A stretch of DNA of 64,000 nucleotides from Planctomycetota bacterium (lineage in GTDB: Bacteria; Planctomycetota; UBA1135; GCA-002748355): positions 6,293 to 70,292 of the forward strand of contig PDSF01000041.1 of assembly GCA_002748355.1 (NCBI GenBank), in the 5' to 3' direction. Each line of letters begins with the position of its first letter. Within the stretch, counting starts at the first letter, position 1. Positions 9,239 through 17,317 of this stretch are shown one piece after another. The translations under genes were made by a program, and so were the position numbers. A model generated the notes under the pieces. That model saw only the letters and a list, made by a program, of their open reading frames with translations, had not been told where the DNA came from and made no database searches.

Positions 9239-10438
9239 ATGAAAACCCGCTTGTTGATTCTGGGTGCGGTCACAGCGACTGCTTCTCTCTCCTTCGCCTC
9301 TCCTCTTTGGCCTTCCTTGCTGGGGCTGGTGGCTAGGCCTCAGCCCTGTGGCGGCGAGCATCCGCTTCCCGCGCAAGAGTCGCATTCGGGGGCTCAGCGC
9401 TCGGCTTCGGCCAAGCAGCGGCCCGGGGCTGCGGCCCAGAGACGGCCAGCGGCGCCGCTTCACGATCCGCGTGAGAAGCGACTGCGCAATATCCGCCAGC
9501 TGACCTTCGGCGGCGAGAATGCCGAGGGCTACTTCAACTCCGATGGAACGAAGCTCGTCTTCCAGGCGCGCAAGGGAGCGACCGGATACGACTGTGATCA
9601 GATCTTCGAACTCGATCTAAAGACGATGGCGACGCGTTTGATCTCGACCGGCCGCGGCCGGACCACCTGCGCCTACTACCACGACAGCGATCGGCGCATC
9701 CTCTTTGCGAGCACCCATCTCGGTGGCCACTCATGTCCGCCGGTGCCCGATATGAGTCAGGGCTACGTCTGGCCGCTGTACCCCAGCTTTGACATCTTCT
9801 CATGCCCGGCGAAGCAGCCCGAGCTGCTGGTACGGCTGACCAAGACGCCGGGCTACGATGCCGAAGGAACCACCTGCTACGCCAACGATCGCATCATCTT
9901 CACGAGCGTTCGCGACGGGGATCTCGAGCTCTACTCGATGAATAGCACCGGCGGCGACGTGAAGCGGCTGACGCACGAGCTCGGCTACGATGGCGGAGCC
10001 TTCTTCAGCTCCGATGGCGAGTGGATCGTCTGGCGGGCGCATCATCCGAAGGAGAAGGCGGCTATCGCCGACTACAAGCGTCTGCTCGCCCAGGGGCTGG
10101 TACGTCCGAGCACGATGGAGATCTTCGTTGCCAAGAGCGATGGCTCACAGCGCCGGCAGGTGACCAAGTTTGGCAAGGCCTCCTTTGCTCCTTTCTTCTT
10201 CCCCTCGAACAAGCGGGTCATCTTCGCGGCCAACCTCGAAGGTCCGCGGAGCTTCAATCTCTACGCCATTGACGTGGACGGGAAGAACCTGGAGAGAGTC
10301 ACCTACAGCTCCGCCTTCAACTCCTTCCCCATGTTCTCGCCGGACGGTAAGTACCTGGTCTTTGCTAGCAACCGCAACAATGCGCGGCCACGCGAGACCA
10401 ATCTCTTCCTCGCCGAGTGGGTCGAGGACGCGAAGTAG
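9239..10438 (+). CDS. TolB-like beta-propeller (PD40 repeats), exported
   Basis: QLTFGGENAEGYFNSDG, GYDGGAFFSSDGEWIVWRA and FPMFSPDGKYLVFASNR repeats; signal-like N-terminus. Confidence 0.85.
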   Translation: MKTRLLILGAVTATASLSFASPLWPSLLGLVARPQPCGGEHPLPAQESHSGAQRSASAKQRPGAAAQRRPAAPLHDPREKRLRNIRQLTFGGENAEGYFNSDGTKLVFQARKGATGYDCDQIFELDLKTMATRLISTGRGRTTCAYYHDSDRRILFASTHLGGHSCPPVPDMSQGYVWPLYPSFDIFSCPAKQPELLVRLTKTPGYDAEGTTCYANDRIIFTSVRDGDLELYSMNSTGGDVKRLTHELGYDGGAFFSSDGEWIVWRAHHPKEKAAIADYKRLLAQGLVRPSTMEIFVAKSDGSQRRQVTKFGKASFAPFFFPSNKRVIFAANLEGPRSFNLYAIDVDGKNLERVTYSSAFNSFPMFSPDGKYLVFASNRNNARPRETNLFLAEWVEDAK

Positions 10439-10456
10439 CGCTGGGCGGTGGCATAG

Positions 10457-11365
10457 ATGGGAAGCGGCAGCGACGCGGGTGACTTGATCTCGATCGGCGA
10501 GCTGGCGCAGCGCACCGGGATTTCGATCGACACCCTCAGGGCTTGGGAGCGGCGCTATGGCGAACCCAAGCCGCTGCGTTTGCCCTCCGGACACCGTCGC
10601 TACAGCAAGGATCAGCTGCGGCGCCTGATGGGCGTCTCCGAGGCACTGGCCCATGGCCTACGCCCCAGCCGTTTCCTCGGACAGCCGCCGGAAGTGCTCG
10701 AGAGGATCCTCGAAGAGCTTTCTCCTCGGACCCCGAACGATCCGACTCTCGACACCCTGCTTGAGTATGTTCAGGGCTATGAGCGTGGGCGCTTAGAGCG
10801 TGAGTTGGTGGCGCTGTGGCAGCGCTTTCCAGTGGTGCAATGGTTGCAGCGCTTCGTTGTGCCCTTACTCGCGACCGTCGGGCGCCTTTGGGCAGAAGGG
10901 CAGATCACGATTCGGCAGGAGCACTTCATGAGCGAGGTGCTTGAGGATTTGCTGCGCATGCTGCGCCTGGAGCTCCTCAGTGATCAGATCGATGCCGGGA
11001 CCGCGCCGATACTCCTTACCTCGCTCCCAGGCGAGCGGCATGCCCTGGGGTTGCAGATGGTGGCGCTGCTTTGCGCGGCTCAGCAAGTCCCGCAGCGCTT
11101 GATGGGCGCCGACATGCCGGTGGCGGAGATCGTGGCTGCTGCCCGCGACTGCGCGGCCAAGGTGGTTGCGGTTTCGGTGTCACTGGCCAGCGGCGGTCCA
11201 CATGCCGGCAATGTCCTGTACGAACTGCGTGAGCAGCTTCCGAGTGAGGTCCATATCCTGGTCGGCGGCCGGGGCGCCCGTGGATCGCGCCGCTGCAAAG
11301 ACGGGGTCGAATACTTGGACTCGCTCCCGGACTTTGTCCAGTGGCTGGAAAGCCAAGAGTTCTGA
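10457..11365 (+). CDS. carH: MerR-family regulator with cobalamin-binding domain (CarH/LitR-type photoreceptor)
   Basis: RAWERRY DNA-binding motif, W-x9-EH (WAEGQITIRQEH), PGERHALG, SVS...VGG. Confidence 0.85.
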   Translation: MGSGSDAGDLISIGELAQRTGISIDTLRAWERRYGEPKPLRLPSGHRRYSKDQLRRLMGVSEALAHGLRPSRFLGQPPEVLERILEELSPRTPNDPTLDTLLEYVQGYERGRLERELVALWQRFPVVQWLQRFVVPLLATVGRLWAEGQITIRQEHFMSEVLEDLLRMLRLELLSDQIDAGTAPILLTSLPGERHALGLQMVALLCAAQQVPQRLMGADMPVAEIVAAARDCAAKVVAVSVSLASGGPHAGNVLYELREQLPSEVHILVGGRGARGSRRCKDGVEYLDSLPDFVQWLESQEF

Positions 11366-11374
11366 TCGGCTAGC

Positions 11375-11730
11375 TCAGAGACTTTGGCGCCGGCGCTGCT
11401 TAGGCAGCGGGTCCTTGTCTTCGGGCACCCGGTACTTCTGCCGCAGGCGGCCGAGTTCGACGAGCAAGCGCGTGCGGATCTCCGCGTACTGAGGGTCGTC
11501 ATAGACACTGCGCAGCTCGTGCGGATCCTCCTTCAGGTCGAAGAACTCCCATTCGCCGATCTGGTAGTAGTGGATCAGCTTGTAGCGTTCGCTGCGAACC
11601 CCGTAGTGGCGGTGGACCATGTGGGCGCCGGGGAACTCGTAGTACTGGTAGTAGATGGATTTGCGCCAAGGCTCGGCTGGCTTGCGATCCTCGAGCAGGG
11701 GGGGCGAGGCTGCGTCCCTGCATTTGGCGT
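11375..11730 (-). pseudogene. C-terminal remnant of a sulfatase, frameshifted
   Basis: MQGRSLAP lies in one frame and LLEDRKPAEPWRKSIYYQYYEFPGAHMVHRHYGVRSERYKLIHYY...WEFFDLKEDPHEL in another. They join at a G7 run (11698-11704). No catalytic N-terminal domain is present. Confidence 0.75.
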
Positions 11731-12083
11731 CTCGGCTTGCGCTGAAGCCGGCGTGGCACGGCAGGACATGGGCTTCGATTTTTCGAGAAACCCCGTGGCC
11801 TTTTGGCTCACTCACTAGGCATGAGAGCTTCCTTTCGATCAGGGCTCGGCCCATGCCTCTTGGCCATAGTCCTTCTCCTGCTTTGGTGCTGGCTTCTGGC
11901 GGGGCCGCGACGGCCGCGGGCTCCGGGCTGGGGGCGTTCTCCGCGAGCTGTGGGCTTTGGTGCTGGGTCCTGGGAAGCAGCCCAGGAATCCTCCCAAGAA
12001 CGGCCGAGCAGCGGCTTGCGGCGTAGCCAGGCCCAGAGCTCGGGACTAGGCTCCCAGGCAGCTCCAGACATGGGTTCTCTACG

Positions 12084-13574
12084 ATGAAGTACGCACGTGC
12101 CGGTACCGCTGCCGCGGTGTTCCTTACCTTCGCCGCCTTCGCTCTCTTTGCTGGGCCCAGCCTTGCCCAGAAGGAGGCTCCCAAGGAGGAGAAGCCTATC
12201 GCCGTCGACGAGCTCATGAAGAAGCTTGAGCCCAAGCTGGCAGAAGTGCAGAAGCACATTACATTCTGGCGAAAGCACCAGAACTCGCAGGATGTCACTG
12301 GCAAGGACGAGAAGGAGCGCAAGCAGAAGCGCATCGCCTTCCGCAAAGAGAGCGCAAGGCTGCTGGCGCGGGTGACCCGAAGCTTGGCCTCGGTCGATCA
12401 CCTACTGCAGCCACTGCTTGAGGCCAAGAAGGACAAGAACAAGGGCTTCAGCCCGGAGCACTACATCGCTGCCGCGCAGAAGCTCCTTGCTGCCGAGCAG
12501 GCCGGGCGCGGAGTGCGGATGACGGGGAAAGGCGTCGAGGTCTTCCCCAAGAACTTTGGGCTACGGATCCAGCACGGCAACGCCCTGCTCCTGCTGGCCA
12601 ATGATATGGGCGACGAGGACTTCGATGACTTCGTCGAGGCGGCGGAGAAGAGCTTCTTCCGGGCTCGGGCTCTCGACAAGGCGAGCGCCAAGCCTTGGTT
12701 CGGGTTGTACCGGGTGCAGGATGCTCTCGGTGAGGATGAGAAGGCGCTGGAGTATCTCGACACGGCCCTTGAGAAGTCCGGCGCGGACGAAGAGGTGGAT
12801 CGGCCGCGCATCCGGCGTGGGCAGCTGCTGATTCGGCTGGGGCGGATCAAGGATGCGGCGAAGCAGTTGGACACGAGCCGGGCGCGCAAGCAGGAGCTGT
12901 TTCAGGCCTGCGTCTTGGCCTCTCGCTGCTACGTGCTCCTGGGCGATGCCAACCGTGCCAAGCGAGCGTTTGCGCGACTGGAGAAGGCGGAGGGCGAGAG
13001 CTTGCGGGTGCTGCAGGCGAAGGCCGACATGCTCTTGGCGCTGGGAATGAAGTCCGAAGCGCAGGATGAGCTGCTAGCAAAGCTGCCGCCGAAGCAGGCC
13101 AAGGAGAGCAGCGAGCAGCTACACGAGCGCCAGAGCGGCCAGGCCATGCTCTGCCTGCTGAAGCATCTGGGGGGGGATCTGGAGCAGGCGCGGCGCAAGT
13201 TGCCGGCCATCCTGGGGATCAGCTTCTACACGATGATGCCGAGCAAGGCCGATCCGAAGAAGCGCGAGCGGCGCAACATGGATCAGAACCCGAGCTTCAT
13301 GCTCTATGAGCTGCGGCGCACTGAGAAGTCGGCCCAGTACTGGGCCGAGGAAGTGCTCGCGACTCTCTGCCAGAAGGCCTTGAAGACGTATGAGAGCAGC
13401 GACTCGGAGAAGTTCATCGAGGTGCAGATCTTCGACTATGACGAGCGCGAGGAGCTGCGTAGTTCGGAGTCCTGGGACCTACAGCTTGAGTATCTGGAGG
13501 GTTACCTCGGGTCGCCGGACTTCCGTGGAGCCTTGCTAGCCCGGGCGTTGTGTAAGCAGCTACGTGGGAACTAG
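12084..13574 (+). CDS. Exported TPR-repeat protein
   Basis: Signal peptide (MKYARAGTAAAVFLTFAAFALFAGPSLA) and several TPR-like helical pairs. Confidence 0.75.
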   Translation: MKYARAGTAAAVFLTFAAFALFAGPSLAQKEAPKEEKPIAVDELMKKLEPKLAEVQKHITFWRKHQNSQDVTGKDEKERKQKRIAFRKESARLLARVTRSLASVDHLLQPLLEAKKDKNKGFSPEHYIAAAQKLLAAEQAGRGVRMTGKGVEVFPKNFGLRIQHGNALLLLANDMGDEDFDDFVEAAEKSFFRARALDKASAKPWFGLYRVQDALGEDEKALEYLDTALEKSGADEEVDRPRIRRGQLLIRLGRIKDAAKQLDTSRARKQELFQACVLASRCYVLLGDANRAKRAFARLEKAEGESLRVLQAKADMLLALGMKSEAQDELLAKLPPKQAKESSEQLHERQSGQAMLCLLKHLGGDLEQARRKLPAILGISFYTMMPSKADPKKRERRNMDQNPSFMLYELRRTEKSAQYWAEEVLATLCQKALKTYESSDSEKFIEVQIFDYDEREELRSSESWDLQLEYLEGYLGSPDFRGALLARALCKQLRGN

Positions 13575-13611
13575 CTGAGCGCTAGATCGCTGACAGCTAG
13601 GTCACTGACAG
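13571..13611. repeat. Imperfect 15-bp intergenic tandem repeat (CTAGATCGCTGACAG / CTAGGTCACTGACAG)
   Basis: Read directly just after the stop at 13574. Confidence 0.7.
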
Positions 13612-13751
13612 CCATGGGCTGCGGTTGCGCTTTTGCGGCGTTCCGCCTGGTAGTAGGCCGCTGACCAAGGCTATGCTCCCGGCTTTTCGGCTTGCGATCC
13701 CATCTCGCAAGCGAAACCAACTAGAGAATTAGGAATAAGGAGCGCCCCAGA

Positions 13752-14252
13752 ATGCTCAAGGCACTTCGCGACAAGGCCCGCCAGGCCCTCTCCATTGAAG
13801 AAGCTCAGGCACACTGCGACATCCCCTGCGGGATTTATGACACCGGCCCGGCGCTCATCGCTGCGCTGACTGTCGTTCGCATGATCGATATCATCGACGG
13901 ACTCGTCGCGAACAAGCCGGCGTGCGAGGCGGAGTACCAGAACAAACTGGGCCGCGCCATCGCCGAGAAGGAAAAGCACGCCGAGATCGTCAAGCACGAG
14001 ATCCGGGTGATCTGGGGTGACTACTTCAAGGCGCCCCAGTTCGAGAAGTTCCCGAAGACGAACGAGCTGGTGCACAGCATCATGCTCCAGGGCAGTAAGG
14101 TGCGTCAGGGAGCCAGCCGCGAGGAGGCCGTGAAGCTGGTCGAACTCGTCAACGAGTTCGCCGAGATCTTCTGGGAGACCAAGGGCGTGGAGAGCAAGCG
14201 GGCGATCTGCCCCTACGAGCCCAAGCTGGAGACGGTGTACCCCGTTCTGTAG
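13752..14252 (+). CDS. sodN: Nickel superoxide dismutase precursor
   Basis: Ni-hook HCDIPCGIYD after a 20-aa leader; IWGDYFK; RBS AAGGAG. Confidence 0.96.
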   Translation: MLKALRDKARQALSIEEAQAHCDIPCGIYDTGPALIAALTVVRMIDIIDGLVANKPACEAEYQNKLGRAIAEKEKHAEIVKHEIRVIWGDYFKAPQFEKFPKTNELVHSIMLQGSKVRQGASREEAVKLVELVNEFAEIFWETKGVESKRAICPYEPKLETVYPVL

Positions 14253-14254
14253 TC

Positions 14255-14321
14255 GCTGAGACACAGGTTTAGCTGAGACACAGGTTTAGCTGAGCACCGG
14301 TCTAGCTGAGAAGCCGGGCTA
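14255..14321. repeat. Four 16-17 bp tandem units beginning GCTGAG and ending TA
   Basis: GCTGAGACACAGGTTTA x2, GCTGAGCACCGGTCTA, GCTGAGAAGCCGGGCTA. Confidence 0.85.
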
Positions 14322-14589
14322 GCGGAGACCCAGGGCGGGATAGGCCTAGTCCTGGGGCCCGGTCTCTGTTCGCTCCGGCGAGCAGGTCGGCCCTGCGGCC
14401 GGCCGCAGGAGAGAGGCCCGGCGGCAGAGCCGCGTCTTCGGCGCTCCTTTGACGGCGGATTGCTGTGGCGAATCCGCTTCTCTGTCGCTCTGTTCCGCCA
14501 GCGCCGGACTGTCCCCTTCGTCGCTATTGGGATACTGGCAGCTTGCCGTAGTCCTTCGGCAGCCGGCAAGGTCCCCGACTCGTATCTCG

Positions 14590-14937
14590 ATGTGGAAGCT
14601 CGTGCGCGTTCGCGGCGTCAGTATGTCTCCCGTGCTGGGAGACCGCGACCTGCTCCTGGTCCGCCGGCTTGCCGACGCTAGTAGCGAGTCCCTGAGGGCT
14701 GGGGACATCGCCTGCTTCCGGCATCCCGACTTGGGACTCATCGTCAAGCGCGTTCTCGAGCGGCTTCCCGCTCCGACCCACTTTCGCATTGGAAGCGAGA
14801 ATCTTCTCGGTAGCGATGAGAGTGCCTTGGGGCCGCTGCCGGCCTCTGCCCTGGTCGGTCGCGTTGTGCTGCGGCTGTGGCCGCGCCCGCGGCCCTTCCG
14901 GCGACGCGGTCCTCGGCCCGGGCGCAGCGGCGCTTGA
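14590..14937 (+). CDS. sodX: Ni-SOD maturation protease (S26-like)
   Basis: VRGVSMSPVL (Ser) and GDIACFRHP..LIVKRV (Lys dyad), downstream of sodN. Start moved to ATG 14590. Confidence 0.85.
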   Translation: MWKLVRVRGVSMSPVLGDRDLLLVRRLADASSESLRAGDIACFRHPDLGLIVKRVLERLPAPTHFRIGSENLLGSDESALGPLPASALVGRVVLRLWPRPRPFRRRGPRPGRSGA

Positions 14938-15190
14938 GTCGCCCAGCCAGCTTGCACTGCCTGCTTGGCCGCCTTGTCATCGGGCCCAGTTCAGCAAGGG
15001 GTCGTGGGCAGGGCTATTTCAATGCCTTGCTAGGAGTGCGAGGCCACCGCCTGTTACACTAAGGTCTTGCTTTGCTACCGTGCTCGGGCGCGGGTTTGTG
15101 GGCCACTGCACCCGGCCTTCCTGTCCTGCGCCTTCCCTCGTGCGCGTGCCCCCGCGTACCCCCGGTTGACCCCAGAGAACCAGGGTCTCG

Positions 15191-17302
15191 ATGCCGAAGT
15201 TCGTTCTCAATGTCCTCGACGGTCCCGGAAAGGGCCGCTCGATTCCCCTGTCCCTGGATGTGCCGCTGCTCATCGGTCGCAAGCCGAGCAATCAGCTGCG
15301 CTTGTCTCATGACGAGAAGGTCTCGGGCCAGCATGCCGAGATCCGCAGCGAAGGCGAGATGCTCATCCTGAAGGATCTCGGTTCGACCAACGGCACTCGC
15401 GTCGACGGCAAGAAGATCCAGGAGGTGCCGATCGGGCATGGCGATCGCTTCCAGATCGGCGAGACCATGCTGCAGCTGATCGATGTGCAGCAGGATGCTG
15501 GCGTCGACGAAGACATGTCGATCCAGATTGACCAGGCGATGCTTGCCAAATCGCGCAAGCGCAGCCCGGCGACACTCCTGTTCCTGCTGGTCCTGATCTT
15601 GGCCGGCGGCGCGGCGTACTACTTCTTCGGCAGCCCAGCTTCGAGTGCGGGGCCTGCCCGAGCCAGGGGGGCGAAGCTCGTTGAGATTCCTGGCAACCTG
15701 CTCCAGGCGGCGGATGCCTACTTCGAAAAGGGTGCGAACTTATGGCTGCCGCTCGCCAGCGGTGGGAGCTTCGATCTGGGGACGGAGGCCAGTAGTGGGC
15801 GTCACGGGCTTTGGGCTCAGCTTGGTGCTGCCGAGGGAACGGAGCTTGGGGAGAGCGACCGCTTTGCCGGCTCGGCGAGCCCGGCCATCCCCGTGCAGGA
15901 GGGGCGCGCCTACCGGGCGCAGGCGATGCTGGCAGCTGACGAAGGCGTGCGGGTTGCGCTGCGCTTGGCCTTCTACGCCGCGGCCCCGGCCCCCGATCCG
16001 GAGGCCGAGCCTAATCCCGAAGCGGAGCAACGCCTGATCCGAGCACCTCTCCTCGTGGTCGGTTCGAGGCTCGAAGCCTTACAGGGTCGGGACTTCGCTG
16101 AGCGCAGCGTGAGCGCTCTTGCCCCAAGCGGTGCTGTCGAAGCCCGCGCCATCCTGGTCGCCGTGCTCGCGCCCGGTAGCAGCCAGGAATGCAGCGCCTA
16201 CGCCGACGACATCGCTCTCGTCCAGCAGGGGGCGGCCGATCCGGTGCTGGAGCTGGCGGGTAGTCGGCTGCAGGTGACAGGGAGCAGCCAAGGGGTAGAT
16301 AGCCCTGAGGTCGGCGGAATCGGGAATGCCTGGCTTCGGATCGCCGGGCGAACGGCGTTGGCTTCTTTCGCTAGTGCTCCAGCCGAGAACGATCCCTCAC
16401 TGCAAGCGCTGGCGAAGCTGCTGCCGCTACCGCTGAATGACATCTTTGGCGATATGCGCGTGCTCAAGGGCGAAGGTGCCTTCCAGCTGCGGAGCAGCGC
16501 TGCTGGGGCGATGCAGTTCCTGGTGCCCGGCGACATGCTTGGAGGGCAGGGCTACCTGGTGCGGCGCGAAGCTCAGAAAGAGGGTGCCCACAAAGGGCGC
16601 ATCTTTGAGGGGCATCGTGGAGCGGCTCAGGTCGCGGACGTGAGCGGGATCTTGCTCGGCGAGGGCATCGTGCGCTTCTTGCTGAGCTGGCCAAAGGCTG
16701 GCGCCTTCCGGGCCGATGCGCTGCCGAATGGAGCGCTGCGTTTCACCATTGACTTCGGGGGGGAACTCGACATCCAACTCGAGTTCCAAGACGAGGTGCG
16801 GAAGGCTCAACGGCTCTACCGCGAGGCGTTGGCGGCCGATCGCGCAGGGCAGATCGGAAAGGCCCTGCAAGCGTATGCCGAGTTGGTCAAGAGATGGCCC
16901 TTCGACCAGGATGCCACCAACAAAGCTCGGGCGCGGCGCTCCCAGCTGCTACTCGCCGGGAAGGAGCGCTTCCTCGCCCAGCAAAGGGCTTTCGACGAAG
17001 CAAAGGCCTTCGGTTACGAGGGGCTCTATCGGCGCTTGCTCAAGGACCTGGACCAGATGCTTCTGACCTATGCGGGCGCAGAAAAAACAGCGTTTTATGA
17101 GCAGGCGCAGAGCTTCCGCGCAGAAGTGCACAAGGCTCTGACGCAGCTGCTGCGGGAAAAGGCCAAGGGGGTTGCCGAGCGCTATTTGCGCATTCACGAC
17201 AGCCTTGTCGAGAGCGACTTGAAGAGACTCGCGGAACTCGTTGAGCGCTATATGCGCCAGGAATTCCCCGAGAGCGAAGCAGTACAAAAACTCGGGCGCT
17301 GA
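15191..17302 (+). CDS. FHA-domain membrane protein with a CBM-like periplasmic domain and a C-terminal TPR/coiled region
   Basis: IGR...VSGQH...DLGSTNGT FHA motifs; one TM helix; GNLLQAADAYFE...PVQEGRAYRAQA resembles CBM4/9. Confidence 0.8.
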   Translation: MPKFVLNVLDGPGKGRSIPLSLDVPLLIGRKPSNQLRLSHDEKVSGQHAEIRSEGEMLILKDLGSTNGTRVDGKKIQEVPIGHGDRFQIGETMLQLIDVQQDAGVDEDMSIQIDQAMLAKSRKRSPATLLFLLVLILAGGAAYYFFGSPASSAGPARARGAKLVEIPGNLLQAADAYFEKGANLWLPLASGGSFDLGTEASSGRHGLWAQLGAAEGTELGESDRFAGSASPAIPVQEGRAYRAQAMLAADEGVRVALRLAFYAAAPAPDPEAEPNPEAEQRLIRAPLLVVGSRLEALQGRDFAERSVSALAPSGAVEARAILVAVLAPGSSQECSAYADDIALVQQGAADPVLELAGSRLQVTGSSQGVDSPEVGGIGNAWLRIAGRTALASFASAPAENDPSLQALAKLLPLPLNDIFGDMRVLKGEGAFQLRSSAAGAMQFLVPGDMLGGQGYLVRREAQKEGAHKGRIFEGHRGAAQVADVSGILLGEGIVRFLLSWPKAGAFRADALPNGALRFTIDFGGELDIQLEFQDEVRKAQRLYREALAADRAGQIGKALQAYAELVKRWPFDQDATNKARARRSQLLLAGKERFLAQQRAFDEAKAFGYEGLYRRLLKDLDQMLLTYAGAEKTAFYEQAQSFRAEVHKALTQLLREKAKGVAERYLRIHDSLVESDLKRLAELVERYMRQEFPESEAVQKLGR

Positions 17303-17317
17303 AGCGGAGCAAGCAGC

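Noticed and set aside
8130-9240. attR duplicate of the tRNA-fMet 3' end closing an island
   Set aside because: No second copy of CCTGCCCCCGCCACCA was seen here or noticed elsewhere in the window.
11375-12346. 323-aa minus-strand ORF as an intact protein
   Set aside because: Its N-terminal part is antisense to the TPR gene or intergenic; only the last ~105 aa are sulfatase-like.
13571-14321. Repeats flanking sodN as CarH operators
   Set aside because: The period is 15-17 bp rather than 11 bp, there is no TnnACA core, and they follow stop codons rather than overlapping a promoter.
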